This document shows, one piece after another, positions 23,437-35,839 of a DNA stretch of 64,000 nt; within the stretch, counting starts at the first letter, position 1, and the number at the start of each line of letters is the position of its first letter. The stretch is from Lepidodermella squamata (taxonomy: Eukaryota; Animalia; Gastrotricha): positions 124,001 through 188,000 of the forward strand of contig JBLDXI010000066.1 in assembly GCA_047495785.1 (NCBI GenBank), in the 5' to 3' direction. A program made the position numbers and the translations under genes. The notes under the pieces were generated by a model. It did not search any database and had not been told where the DNA came from. It worked only from the letters and a program-made list of their open reading frames with translations.

Positions 23437-26400
23437 ATGAATAAATTCATTGTATTGTGGTGCTTTTCTCTAAAAATTTGGCAATCAGGCGCGGTTAAAG
23501 TGAAGATGACCCAGCCGTTGGAGTCGAGAATTTTCGCGTCATTTTACAATAATGGGACAATAATGACTGGAGGTCAGAGTAAGAACGTCATCAGTATTAT
23601 GGGATTTTTCAACTACGGCGGCTCGGCGTTGCCTTTCGGCCCTATTTGCACCGAAGGAATTCGCCTTGTGCTTGATGGCGTGAAACGGAATGGGATGCTG
23701 CCAAATTATGAACTGGCAGTTGATATCTACGACGACCAGGTAGTTTAGACTCCATCTCGAAGAACCGCGCCCTGAACAACTGATATATAGATTTTACGGG
23801 ATTTACATATTTCTTTTTAACAGTTTCGATGTTCGGGGTTCCATAATTAGGACAGAATTTTAGGGCAGAATCCTATATTTTTTTAATTTTATTGATCTTC
23901 GGAATTGAGCGGAGAAATAATCAAATAATTTAACTTTTCTTAATTTAAGAAAATTTCAAGAACAATTTCTGAAAATTCCAGTTTGGCGCCGCTTCTCAAA
24001 TTTTGTTGGAAATTTCGGGAATTACGTAGGTAGCTAAAATAGGTAGCTAAAATAAAAAAAATCAAGGATCAAGGTGCACCACTTTCGATCAAAGCTTTCA
24101 GTGACAGGATTTTTTAATTTAGTTCTATAGCACCTCAATTTTAGGGGTACCACACGCATAATTGAATACTCGAGGATATTCTATAGCGATAAACACTTTT
24201 CCCGTACCTTAGCTCGCGCGACCACCAGCTATCAATCTTCTACTCAATCAACTTCGATTAAACGACTCTGTGAACGATCGGCTACCTTTAACTCTAGGCA
24301 CGTTCGGCGCGGGAAGTTACTACACGGGCCAATTTATGCATCACTTCAACCACATTGGCATAACGATGAATTCAGCCCAGAGCGAACTGCAGTCACAGAG
24401 ATGGCGATTTCCGAGCTATTTCGTCATTTTATCACAGCTAAGCGTGGGATATGAAGCTCTACTATCCTTCATCCTTCGCATGGGTTGGAGTCGAGTTGCT
24501 ATAATATCCGAAAACAGTGATTTTTTCAATCAAATCGAAATCGATTTCGTGAGCCGTTTCGAGAAAAACAGCAATGGCACGAGAAAGACTGAAATTTTCA
24601 AAATTCCTGTAATAGTTGGCGCGCTGCCAGAGTCGCAAAACATCGAAATGGCCGTAGCTGAAGCTCACAAACAAAATCCTAGAATTATCATTTTAAGCTC
24701 AACAACATCGTCTCGAATATCCTGCTGGCTGCATAGGTACAAACTATTCGGCCCGAATTTTGTCATTTTCGTCAACGGACCGTCACTTTTCTCACCGAAC
24801 GACCCCTACCGATTCACGGAGTGGTGCACGCCGGAAATGTTGACAGATGTCATGCAGAGTGTTATAACTTTCGGTTGGACTAATTTGATGAATCTGGGCA
24901 AAAGCGGTGAGATTGATTCGCTTGGCCATTCCGGTTTCGATTTAGATAATTATTTGAAAAATTCAATTGAAAATCCTGAATCAGCAACGGCTTGGATGTA
25001 CTCGCGACATTTTTGCTACGACTCGGCTCTTCTCGCGGTATTTGTCCTGAATCAAACCGAAGCGCTGCTTCAAAAAAGTATAATTTTCGCCGATGATTGA
25101 AAAAATGTGCGCCCGTTTAAGAATTTCGGACGGCGCGCGATGATGTCAAAGGGTTACTTTCGAATAATCTGGCGGTTTTTACACCAATTTAAAATTGAGA
25201 AAATTCTCTTTCGATTGCATATAGGGATCCCGTGCAAAACAATTGATGGGAAAGAATTTTACGCGTACGGTAAATATTGTGTGTGTGTGACAAGTCCACG
25301 CACATGCAACCAAGTCGCAATTCTTTGTGCGCGTAAAATTTTCCCCCATTCATTATTTCGTGTGAGAACCCTATAGTCAATCGATAGAGAATTTTCTGAA
25401 TTTGATATTAGTATAAAAACCGACAGGTTATTCGAAAATAACCCTTTGACATCATCGGTCAAAAGTTACTTGGTCATTTTTTGTAATTGAGCCTATAATA
25501 ATTAAGGAGGATTTTTGTAATGGTTTTCAGGGAATGAGACTCTTTTGGATTGGGTGACTAATGGGCGGTTATTCAAGTCTCAGGGCCATGTAATCAGCGA
25601 TTTGATGAAACAAGCGCTATATTCCGTTCGAGTGACGTCTAAAATCGGCGAAATCGGCTTCGACAAGGCTACAACGAAAAATACAGCCGGGGATCCGATT
25701 CTTGGCTTCGCGCAACACAGAAAGGCTGCTGAAAATGATTCTGAGATAAAATCATTCCCAATATGCATTTATTTTACTGTATCTGGGAAACTTGACTGCA
25801 ACTTAGGGCCACTTGTCTGGCGGACTAAGGACGGAAATAGGCCAATTGGCCACCTTAAAGTCATGGAAATCACCTCGCCACTTTTGAGTCACCCTGTTTT
25901 CATCGGAATTACAGCATTCACTTGTTTGGAATTTGCCGCGATTATTGTTCTAGGCGTGCTAACCCTAAAGAAGCGAAGAGGATTATGGAAATGGGATTTA
26001 GTCACCCTGTTTGGAGAAGCGATGATGCTCAGCCATATTATAGTGCAAAAACCAGATTTCGACCAATTCTACCTCGTCCTCAGCCAAATTTCCCTCAGCC
26101 TGCTATTAATCGGGATATTATTTCTTTTAATCGGAATTATTGCGAAATTTGAAACGGCAACCGTGGAGACTTTCAGCGCAATTTCGTCCTTTGCAAGATT
26201 ATCTAAGAAAAATTCGCGAATTTCTCGCCATGGAAATCCGAGTCAGAAAAAACCTGTTTCGCTAATATATGCCGAAATTTGTCTTTTACCAATCGTCGTT
26301 ATGTTAATTTTGGTCTGGTTTCTTGTCGACCCACCGGAAATTTCGAAAAGCTTCACCGAATCTATGACGGACCTTGGAATTTACCGCGTCAATTATTACT

Positions 26401-26930
26401 CGGTCGATTTTGCGAACAAATCGATCGCGACTTCGATCATTGCTTCTATTTCCTGCATTTACGCCGTGGTTGTACTTCGAGGTGGATTCCTTGCTTATCG
26501 ATTGAGATCAGTGAGTTTTGTTTAATTCCTTTTGCAATCTCCTAATCATGAAATTTTTTATGATTTTGAATGCAATTTTTTTTTAATTTTGCAGAGAACT
26601 GCTAGTTTCACTGATCTCAAACTGACAATACATTGCTTCTATGCGACCTGTCTACTACTTGCCTGTGGAGCTTTGGTTGCCGTCGCAATTTTACCCAGCG
26701 GGGAAATGCGTCGCATCGCTCTGTCTACCACGGCCATGCTAATAGCACTATTGAACCTCATTATGACTCACCTTGTCAGAATTTTGCCGAGGATTGGCAG
26801 AGGTGATAATGTGGCTGACAGCAATAATAATGCGAAAATATCGATGCGATTGCAGAATCCTAGCAAAGGAAATGTCAGCGCAAGCGGAGCAGTCTCTAAA
26901 TTCTGCGATCGCAGTGAAACTTTATATTAA
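23437..26930 (+). CDS. Class C GPCR, GABA-B-receptor-like (Venus flytrap + 7TM), four exons
   Basis: Signal peptide; MLPNYELAVDIYDDQ; MGWSRVAIISE; RIII...CWLHRYKLFGPNFVIF; seven hydrophobic segments with GGFLAYRLRS; no Cys-rich linker. Confidence 0.85.
25138..25457. mobile_element. MITE in a GPCR intron
   Basis: TIRs CGATGATGTCAAAGGGTTACTTTCGAATAA / TTATTCGAAAATAACCCTTTGACATCATCG; second copy at 31580-31893. Confidence 0.8.
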
Positions 26931-27683
26931 TAACAAGCTGACTATTTTTGGAAAATAACTACAATTTATTCATTCAATTTTCGAAATAAATTATTAATTT
27001 ATTTTCGGGCTAAGCATTTTTTGAAATTTCAAGATCAATTTCATCTATATTTTTTGAAATTTCAAAAATTGAAATGTTTCAAAATGTATTTGAAAACCTT
27101 TCAATAGCTCAAGTTTCGAAATTTGGTTCCGCTAAAAATGATAACGAATCATTAGTAATTCTAGTAATTATTTTTCGCTAGTAAAATAAAATAATATTAT
27201 GAAAAAAATTAGGGTCGTTATATTCCTGCTTAAATAAGTACGCGTTTTTTGATATTCATACTTAAATAAGTACGCATTTTTTGATATTCGTACTTAAATA
27301 AGTACGCGTTATTTGATATTCGTACTTAAGCGGCTTTCCGCTTACGTAATATTCGAAATTTTTCGACCATAATATTCAGCTTTTAAAACTGAGTAAGAAT
27401 CATATCTCACCCAGGAAGCTGAGATAACTTGGACTTGTCAAATTTGCATCCAAAAACATGAAATTAGGGTTGGAAAGCTCAGGAAACCTAAAAGGTCCTG
27501 AACCTTAGATCCAACTTGATGAAAATAGGGAGAAACTCCAGGTTTTGCCATCAAATTTGACAAGTCCAAGTTATCTCAGCTTCCTGGGTGAGATATGATT
27601 CTTACTCAGTTTTAAAAGCTGAGTATTATGGTCGAAAAATTTCGAATATTACGTAAGCGGAAAGCCGCTTAAGTACGAATATC

Positions 27684-29125
27684 GAAAACGAAAAGCTTTT
27701 TATTTTGTCCTTTTTTCCAGATAAAACGAACGAAAATATACAATTTGGAAGGTAAGAAAAAAGGCGCAGGCACATCACGAAAAGGCGCTTGTCCGGGACA
27801 GTGCGCCACTCATAACACCGGACGGGCACATACTGAAATTATCACAAGGAGCGGAATTATCATACACAGCAGAAGACAGAAGGCTAGTGATTAGTGGTAG
27901 GACAGCAGAGACGGAAGGTAGAGGACGGGAGAGGAAGAAACAAGGAAATAAGCAGGAAGGGGAAGAAGAAAGAGGAGAGAGACTAACATTGTGGGACAGG
28001 GAGCGGGCCGGGCGGCAGGCGAGCGTTGAGAAGGAAGACAGGCGACTTCACAGGCGGCGACGCGGAAAGCCGAACATTCTCGATGTCTTCGCGAAGCGGC
28101 AACACAAAGCGTACGACGTTGTCGGCATAGCGGCACTGGACGGCTTGTAAGTGCGAGGACAGACTGGGCAGGCGACAGCGCTGCTCCAGCGCACTAACAC
28201 GAACACGATCATCGAGACGGACATGGAGAATGGCGCGCAGACAGTTATTCTGAAGCACGTCTAGGCGGCGGAGCTGCGTCTTCGCAGCAGACGCAAAGGA
28301 AACGAAGCCGAAGGTGGCGATGGAACGGACGAGCGCCAGGTAGGCGGTGCGGCGCCACCGGAAAGACAGCCCTGGCCGGCTAACAACCGAGCGGAACCAC
28401 GACAGATTTTTCCCACAGCGATGGAGCACATGGTCGATATGGGGCTTCCAGGTCAACTTCTCATCGAACAGAATGCCCAGAATTCGAAGTACAGAGACTT
28501 GCGGGATGACAGTGCCTCCAAGCACGAGCCTCACACCGGGGGGACGACGGGAGAATGCGACAACCTCACTCTTTGCGGCGTTGAATTGCTGCCGCCACAG
28601 GCAGGCCCAAGCGGCGACGCGATCGACTTCCGCCTGAGCACACATCTCAGCTTCGGGGAACGAGGCACCAGAACCGACAACCGTCAGGTCATCAGCGTAG
28701 GCATCCAAGTCACAGCCAGGGGCACTGGGGGTCCGGAGAAGATCGCTAGTGTAGATGACATAGAGTAGGGGCGACAGCGGGGAACCTTGCGGCACGCCGC
28801 ACTGCAGCTGGACCTGTCTGCTCAGAAAACCCGCAACGCGAGCTTGCAACTTTCGATCTCGAAGATAGTCGGCGAGCCATCCGACCAGGTTGCGCGGGAG
28901 GGGCAACTGGCCAAGCTTGTAGACGAGACCGGCATGCCATACCGAGTCGTATGCGGCCTTGACATCCAGGCCGACAACTACCACCTTGCGCTTATCCACT
29001 CGAGCCTTGTGCACCCTGTGGGCTACGCGGACAGGGACGTCCACCGCAGACCGGTGCTCACGAAACGCGAATTGATTATCCGGCAACAGATGTTGGTCCT
29101 CCAGCACCTGGCTCACCCAGCGGGC
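27684..29125 (-). mobile_element. 5'-truncated non-LTR retrotransposon (Jockey/I-group-like)
   Basis: GC-rich island in AT-rich DNA. It interrupts the foldback arm exactly, and has an RT ORF plus a ~300-bp 3' UTR ending ...AATAAAAAGCTTTTCGTTTTC. Confidence 0.9.
27983..29116 (-). CDS. Reverse transcriptase (LINE ORF2, C-terminal part)
   Basis: QFAFR, LDVKAAYDSV, GVPQGSPLSPLLY, YADD and LGILFD motifs. Confidence 0.92.
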   Translation of the reverse strand: MSQVLEDQHLLPDNQFAFREHRSAVDVPVRVAHRVHKARVDKRKVVVVGLDVKAAYDSVWHAGLVYKLGQLPLPRNLVGWLADYLRDRKLQARVAGFLSRQVQLQCGVPQGSPLSPLLYVIYTSDLLRTPSAPGCDLDAYADDLTVVGSGASFPEAEMCAQAEVDRVAAWACLWRQQFNAAKSEVVAFSRRPPGVRLVLGGTVIPQVSVLRILGILFDEKLTWKPHIDHVLHRCGKNLSWFRSVVSRPGLSFRWRRTAYLALVRSIATFGFVSFASAAKTQLRRLDVLQNNCLRAILHVRLDDRVRVSALEQRCRLPSLSSHLQAVQCRYADNVVRFVLPLREDIENVRLSASPPVKSPVFLLNARLPPGPLPVPQC

Positions 29126-29391
29126 AAATAACGCGTACTTATTTAAGTACGAATATCAAAAAATGCGTACTTATTTAAGTATGAATATCAAAAAACGCGT
29201 ACTTATTTAAGTACGAATATCCACTCCGAAAAAATTACAACACTTTATTTTAATTAGGCGTACTTAAGCTTCTTTTTAATATGAATTTTAATTTTAATTT
29301 TCCATAAATGAAAATTATAATATTTAAGGCTGTAAGACTCTGGCGAAAGAAAATACCAAGTTTAAGCTATAAAATGTTTTATTGTCATCTC

Positions 29392-31413
29392 TCACCAAAC
29401 TTGACACTTTTTCACCTCAGGATTCATAGGCGTCGCGCTTTGACAGCCGAACGCCTCAGCAAATAGTTTACTACTAATTAGCGCCCCAATAATGTGCGCC
29501 TTTTGATCCACCTTTGATTCATGCGAATTCTCACCCTCGAGACACCGTGATTGGCTGAAAGCGAGGAAGAACAACTGTTCCCTTGGCACGATCGACGACA
29601 ATGATTCATCCTCAATTCCGCTATCAAGAAACAACCGAAGAGCCACTTCGATACCAATTACCTCGGCCATATCTTCCGCAGCAGTGCCAGAATGCTGCTC
29701 ACCCAGCCGTTTTGAAATCAGCGAATAAAACGTTGATAAACAGTATTTCCTTTCGATTAGGAACACATCGCCCTTATTCGCTCCCTGAGCGTGGGGCCCA
29801 ACTGGGCTTGAAGGTAAATCATCCAAAATATGAGCCAATTCACGCGCGATTTTAGTCGACATTATCGCGTATTTCAAAGCATCGGGGTACGACGGGTCGA
29901 AACTCGGCGTTAAGGCTGCTAAAATCGGAATAATCAGCGAATTTCCTATTCGGTTGAAAATCACCGAATCATCGAATGGATCGTAAAGCGCGAGCAGGTC
30001 ATTCTCGGCAAAATCCAACGCGACTCGGTCCGCGAAATTTCGGGCGTTTATCAAAGTTTCAAGCCAACTTTCGCGATTTACGACTAAAGGCTGGTAAAAT
30101 TCAACTAAGGACGAATCGTTTGAAAGGACATCAGGAAGACCAATATCGATATTTAAATTTTGCAATTTTTTCGAAACTGCCATTCGCGAGAACCAATTCA
30201 GGCCATTTTTCGAACTTAACAGCATTTTATCGAATTTTTCAATCGATTCGCGGCCGATTCTTCCCAATTCCTCTTCCGCTTCGTTTGATAGGAAATTTTC
30301 TTTGAAAATATAGGAAATCGCCATAGGCATAGTTTCAGTCAGTTGATTGAAGCAGAAATCGGCTGAAATCGGCAATTTGTCCTCCATAATATCGAAATAA
30401 GGCATCAATGCTTGGATAACGAGGTAATTTTGCAGACCCGTGCTTCCTTTCGTTGAATTAATCATCCTTTCCATCATCAGGCACATTTCATTGATGAAAA
30501 ATCGATTCGCTTGATTGGTGAAAATCGATTTAATTTCGATATTTGTAGAATTTATATGCTGTTTATAGGCTTCGATTATCGATGTCCAATTAATGAGAGG
30601 GCAATAATCATCTAGGTCAATGAGGCTGACCTCTTCGAGATTACCGCGACCTTCATTTCGAAGCTTAATTAATCGAAAACGATGATCGATATCGATTAAA
30701 TCGTTGATTTCCATCGGATTTAAAGTGGTGAATTTTTTAGAAATTATTGAAAATACATCGGATTGATAGTTGAAAGAGCCGCGTTTCAGGATTAAATAAG
30801 GCCGAATTCTGCCGTTTTGGCTACTCGATATCGCTAGCTTGAAAATTTGATTTCGGTTAAATCGAATCAACGTTTCGAGAGTTTCTTGAAGCATTTGCTG
30901 TGACAAAGATAACGACTGATTCAGCTTGGTGAAATTTCCCATTTGAGTGACTATCGATTTGAAATAGTCTCGGTTCACTGACCATGAACTCGAGTTGAGG
31001 CATGAATCATAGAAATTCCTCATTTTTCGATAAATTTCTATCGATTCAACTTTTTCGTCATCTAAATTCAGCAAATTTCGAAAAATTCAAAAATTCTCAG
31101 TTTCTTTTACCAATCAAGCTGAGGAATGAATCTGTTGCGTTGAAACTTGACTGGAATGCCGCTGAGATTTCCGGATTTCCGCATGAATATTCGTAAAAAT
31201 CAGCACAAGGATGCGAGGAAGAATTCATGAGATTTGCCATAGTCGATAGGTAGTCAGCGCATGAATTTGTTTTACACAACAAACCAAGAACCTTTTCCGT
31301 TAAAAGATCCTTTTCTTTGATTCGTTTTTGTGTGGAATTTTCGATATAACCGATCGTGGCGATTAAACTGGCGATAGTCATGACGACAAAAAAGGCGACT
31401 TTACCCTGAGGGC
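29392..31413 (-). CDS. M13 neprilysin-like protein, probably catalytically inactive; 5' exon(s) uncertain (possibly up to about 32012)
   Basis: TM helix, HPCADFYEYSCG, NFYDSC, EDMAE, LFFLAFSQSRC and PMNPEVKKCQVW. The HExxH position reads RELAH. Confidence 0.85.
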
Positions 31414-31579
31414 AAGCTGAAATAGTACATAATTTAGCATTAGGTATTGTTACTTTAAATAACCTCATGAAAAACCTAAATAAGTGCGCTAAAAATATTA
31501 TGAAACATCCTCCTTAAATATTGGGGCTAATTGCAAAAAAATGGCTGAGCGCGCCCTGAGTCCCAAGTAATTTTGCAAA

Positions 31580-31893
31580 CGATGGTGTCAAAGGGCTACT
31601 TTCGAATAACCTGGCGGTTTTTCTACTAAATAAAAATTCAGAAAATACTCTATCGATTGAATATGATGTTCTTGAGCGAAAATCATTAGGAGACCTTTTT
31701 TACGCGTACGCTAAATAAATCGCGTGAGTTACTAGTTCCCGCACTAAACCAGGTCACACGTTTTTGTGCCCGTAAACTTTAACGCCATTATTTGTGTGGG
31801 TTAGGAATGAATATTCAATCGATAGACAATTTCCTGACATTTAATTTGGTATAAAAACCGCCATGTTATTTGAAAGTAGCCCTTTGAAATCAT
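31580..31893. mobile_element. MITE, same family as 25138-25457
   Basis: GATGGTGTCAAAGGGCTACTTTCGAATAAC ... GTTATTTGAAAGTAGCCCTTTGAAATCAT. Confidence 0.75.
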
Positions 31894-32059
31894 AAAAAAA
31901 TGAATCACGCTCGCGCATTTTCTCGTTCTTGAGTGCTGATGAAGATAAAAAATATTAAAATTTAGAAAAAATTACGCGTGAATAATTTCAATTTTTTCTC
32001 TTCTCGTAACATCTCTTCAAAATTTTCGAGTTTCTAAAATCATTAGGAATTTAAGCTGC

Positions 32060-32398
32060 TTATTTTGACTTACTGAATTTGTTGCTTTCATAACGCCGCA
32101 TGACCTCGCCAGCGTAGACAGACTGACCTACATTTTGACCTACATTGCCGCGCATCATTCCAGAGTACAAATCGACGTCGACTGACGACCGGCGATTTAA
32201 CGACGACAACCTTTCAAACGGCATTACAACCGATCTGCACAGGCTATTTAGATAATTGTGCACGGCACAACACCGCCTGGCCATAGTATCTCGATGCCCT
32301 TGGAAAAATTCAATTTCGCAATAAAAGCCGAACAGTACACATCTTAATACGCATGCAGTGAGAACAGCAGCGGCTTTTGGTGGGCAGTAATATCCCAA
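32060..32398 (-). pseudogene. Possible degraded PIF/Harbinger transposase C-terminal remnant
   Basis: YCPPKAAAVLTACVL and CCAVHNYL resemble the Y.P.KA..I..AC..LHN motif of HARBI1-type transposases; weak. Confidence 0.25.
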
Positions 32399-32984
32399 GA
32401 GGCGATAATCGATATTTATTATTCAGAAGTGGCAATAAAAGCCGCTGTTTAGGATTACATTTCATCGCAGTTTTTTTTTCGTTCTCATAATTTTTTTACA
32501 GCAATTCTTTCTTCTTCAAGTTCATTCATGCATATGGCTATTTATACGATTTTACAAAAAATAAAACGAAAACATCCGCATTGATGATTAGGACGAATAA
32601 TGTTCTTTTCCTGATAAAATGTCCATGTCATGTGATTGAATTCAATCTAGGGGGTGAAATTTGAGTCTTGTGCGCTAAAAATAATTCAATTTGACCGAAT
32701 TTTTCATTGTACTCTTTAGATTCCAAGTGCGAGAGTTCGAAACTATAATGTCCTTTAGATCACTGAGTTGTGAAATCAATATTGAAAATCGATAGATCGG
32801 CTCTCAATGCTAGAAATCTATGAAAACCACACGATTGGAAATAAAATGCGAATAATTTTTCTTATTTAAAATATTTTTTAATTTAATTTTCAAAATAAAT
32901 TAAATTTTATTAACAATTTTTATTTTAAAAATGAATTATACGATATTATTTCTAAACGTTTCGGAGATGGGAAAATATATTCTT

Positions 32985-35637
32985 TCAATGGGTCGTCCTT
33001 TTGCTCGTACGGGGAGATTCGAAACGGGACTCGTTCAGTTTCCTCGTTCTGGTCAGCGACATCACCGTTCCAAGGCTTGCATCATGCGTTGTCTCTTCAG
33101 GTTTTTGCGGAAACAGATTAGGCACCAAAATCAGCCCAATATTCATCGCGACGCAAACAATTATCATCATCGATAAAGCTGCTCGTTGATAGCCGAAGTC
33201 TTTGAAGATGCCGACTGAGATCAAAGTTCCGGCCGCAAAAATCATTATCGAGCTTTGAAAGCAAGCAAACGTTTTCGAGAGACCCATTCTTTTCCGCATC
33301 TGTTGTAGAAGAGAAAACATATTAAAAATCCAAAATTCAAAAATATTAATCGAAAAATAATTGACCGCGGACAATCATAAAAGGGACTCACGGATCTCAA
33401 ATAGTAAGCCTTAAGGCCACCCCTGATCACCACCATAACATAGCAGCTCGAAATCACGGCTACAAGGACGCTTGAAGATGTATTCGGCACCAAATTTACC
33501 GAAAATCGCTTCGTTTTAATGATAACGTTGTCATCGACAGCAGACTCAGACATTTCCACGCTTTCGTCAACCTGAATCGGGCTGATAGTGAAGCAGATAA
33601 CAACCAATATTGTTATCGCGAGAATTACGAATATCGCCACTGTTTTCACTAGCTTCAACCCATAAACCGTGTTATTGAGCATAATTCTACGGCGGGAAGT
33701 GGTCGATTGAGTGCGGTCGAGACGGATTCTTATCGATAAGGAAGCTCTCTCGAAAATTCCGATAATACCAATCAGTAACAAAGAAATACCGATCAGCATG
33801 CAACTGTAACCGGCCGAGGTCAAATCTTCGAAATGCAAGCCGTATTCAGCAGGTTGTAGAAGAACGAACAAAATCAAGAAAACATCCCCAGCGATAATGG
33901 CCGAGTCGAAAAATGTCAAGCTTAGTGGCAAAGAATTGCGAAGATTCCCCAAAATTGTTAAGATTACAGCTATTGATAGCACTATGAACAATTCTAAGGA
34001 GCTCAGCGTCAAAAAAGCGATGTAGAGAGCTTCCCCGATGATAGGAGCTTCGATTGCTATGACTTGCATCTCGTCAAAGGGTGGATTGCCGCTTTTCGTG
34101 TTCCAAATCATTTTGCCGAGATTGCAAGACAGATTGCCCGAATAGGCGTAGTAGACGCAGATTGGGAATGCGGCGAATTTCGAGGCATTTTGAGGCTTCC
34201 GGAACTGTGCGAAGCCAAGAACAGGATTCCCAGCCGTATTGCGAGTAGTATTTCGATCGAACTCGATTTCCCCAACTTTGGTTGCCACTCGAATCGAAAA
34301 GATTGCCTCTTTCATTTTATCAGCGATTTTCCAACCTTCTTTTTTGAATCTTTCGCTATTTGTGAACCATTGGGAAAGGGTTTGGTTCTCTGGAAAATTT
34401 GGGGAAGATATGAGCTAGCAGAAGGGATTAACTCTAGACTCACCTCTTTGAAGAAGTTCCTCCGTTTTATTTAGTACCATAACGGCAAACAGTGTATTGT
34501 CGTAGCAGAACGCCCTAGCATATGGCCAGCCTACAGTTGAATCGGGTCGATCAATCATTGACAGCAACCGATAATCCAAATCAGCCCCGGTATTACCCAC
34601 TGAATCCCGCTCATTGTTTAAGTTCAAATTCATCAAATTCGTCCAGCCAAATGTAACAACACTTGCCATGACTTCGTTCAACATTGTCTCTGTACACCAG
34701 TCCGTAAAACGGTATGGGTCGTTTGAAATGAACATTGTCGTGGTGTGGATGAAGATCACGTAGTTAGGCCCGTAAAGTTTCAGCCTGTGCAGCCAGCATG
34801 CGATTCTTGAAGTTGTAACAGCACTTATGATGATAATTCTTGCCCCGGTTCGTTTCAAATCAGTTAGAGCTGATTCTACAGAGGCTGTATCTGGAAGAGC
34901 TCCGGCTATGTATGGCAGCTTGAAAACGCCTAGAACCTTCGAATTCAGGTTCCTCTCGAACTTCGGAATGAATTCAGTCTCAACCTGCCCGTAGTAGTCG
35001 CTGCTTTCTGAAACGAACGCGACCTTCCGCCATTTCATCGCTTCGATGTAGACCCGTAAAGATTCGTAGCTCGTCGCAATTTGCGGTAGAATTACAAAGT
35101 AATTTTGATACCTCCATCGCTGCATTTGAACTTCATTTTGCACAGAAATCATAGTTACACCGACATAATTCAGGTGGTGCATGAATTGGCCGGTATGGTA
35201 GCTGGCCGAGCTGAATGAACCCATTGTGAATGGGAGTCGATCTTGCACCGAATCGTTCAAAATCAACTGATTCAACACCTTTGCCACACCAACTGGCCTC
35301 GAAAGCTAGGAAGCTCGATTATATTGTGAATCATTGGAAAAATTCAAACAATTACTTGATCGTCAAGAATCTCAACTGCTAGATCGTAATTTGGCAGTAC
35401 ACCCAGCTTTTTTGCGCTATTTAGTACCATTCGAATGCCCTCTGAACAAATCGGGCCAAATGGCATAGCTAAACCTCCGTAATTGAATGAACCAAGTATG
35501 CTGATGGTTTGCGATTGGGCGCTATTACTGGGAGAATCTGACATCACCCTTGGCTCAAGCGGCGTAAGCATCGAAAGCTTACCGCAAGAGCCAAACCGAG
35601 CGATCAAAGTGAAGTACAAAATCGCTTGAAAATACAT
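32985..35637 (-). CDS. Class C GPCR, GABA-B-like, paralog of 23437-26930
   Basis: Co-linear similarity (NYGG.A.PFGPIC.EGIR, NDPYRFT.WCT, FGWTNLMNL) and the same three intron positions. Confidence 0.85.
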
Positions 35638-35839
35638 ATCAAGAGAAACAATCCTTGTTTATGTGGATGTGTAAGTTTCAGATTTATAGGCTTGATTTGA
35701 TCTGGGTCAGTAATTTACGCGATTCACTCTAATGCATTTCCCCTCGGAACTGAATGTCTGGGAGAAGGCGTCTGCTGTAAAGCTTGCCAACAATTCTGGA
35801 ATGAACAGTCCCAGACAGTCATTGATTTTTTTCATTCGT

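Larger units (their letters stand above)
27211..29230. mobile_element. Foldback element with long inverted arms built from ~32-bp subrepeats, split by a LINE insertion
   Basis: About 27220-27446 is the reverse complement of 27552-27683 plus 29126-29221; unit TTAAATAAGTACGCGTTTTTTGATATTCGTAC. Confidence 0.8.
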
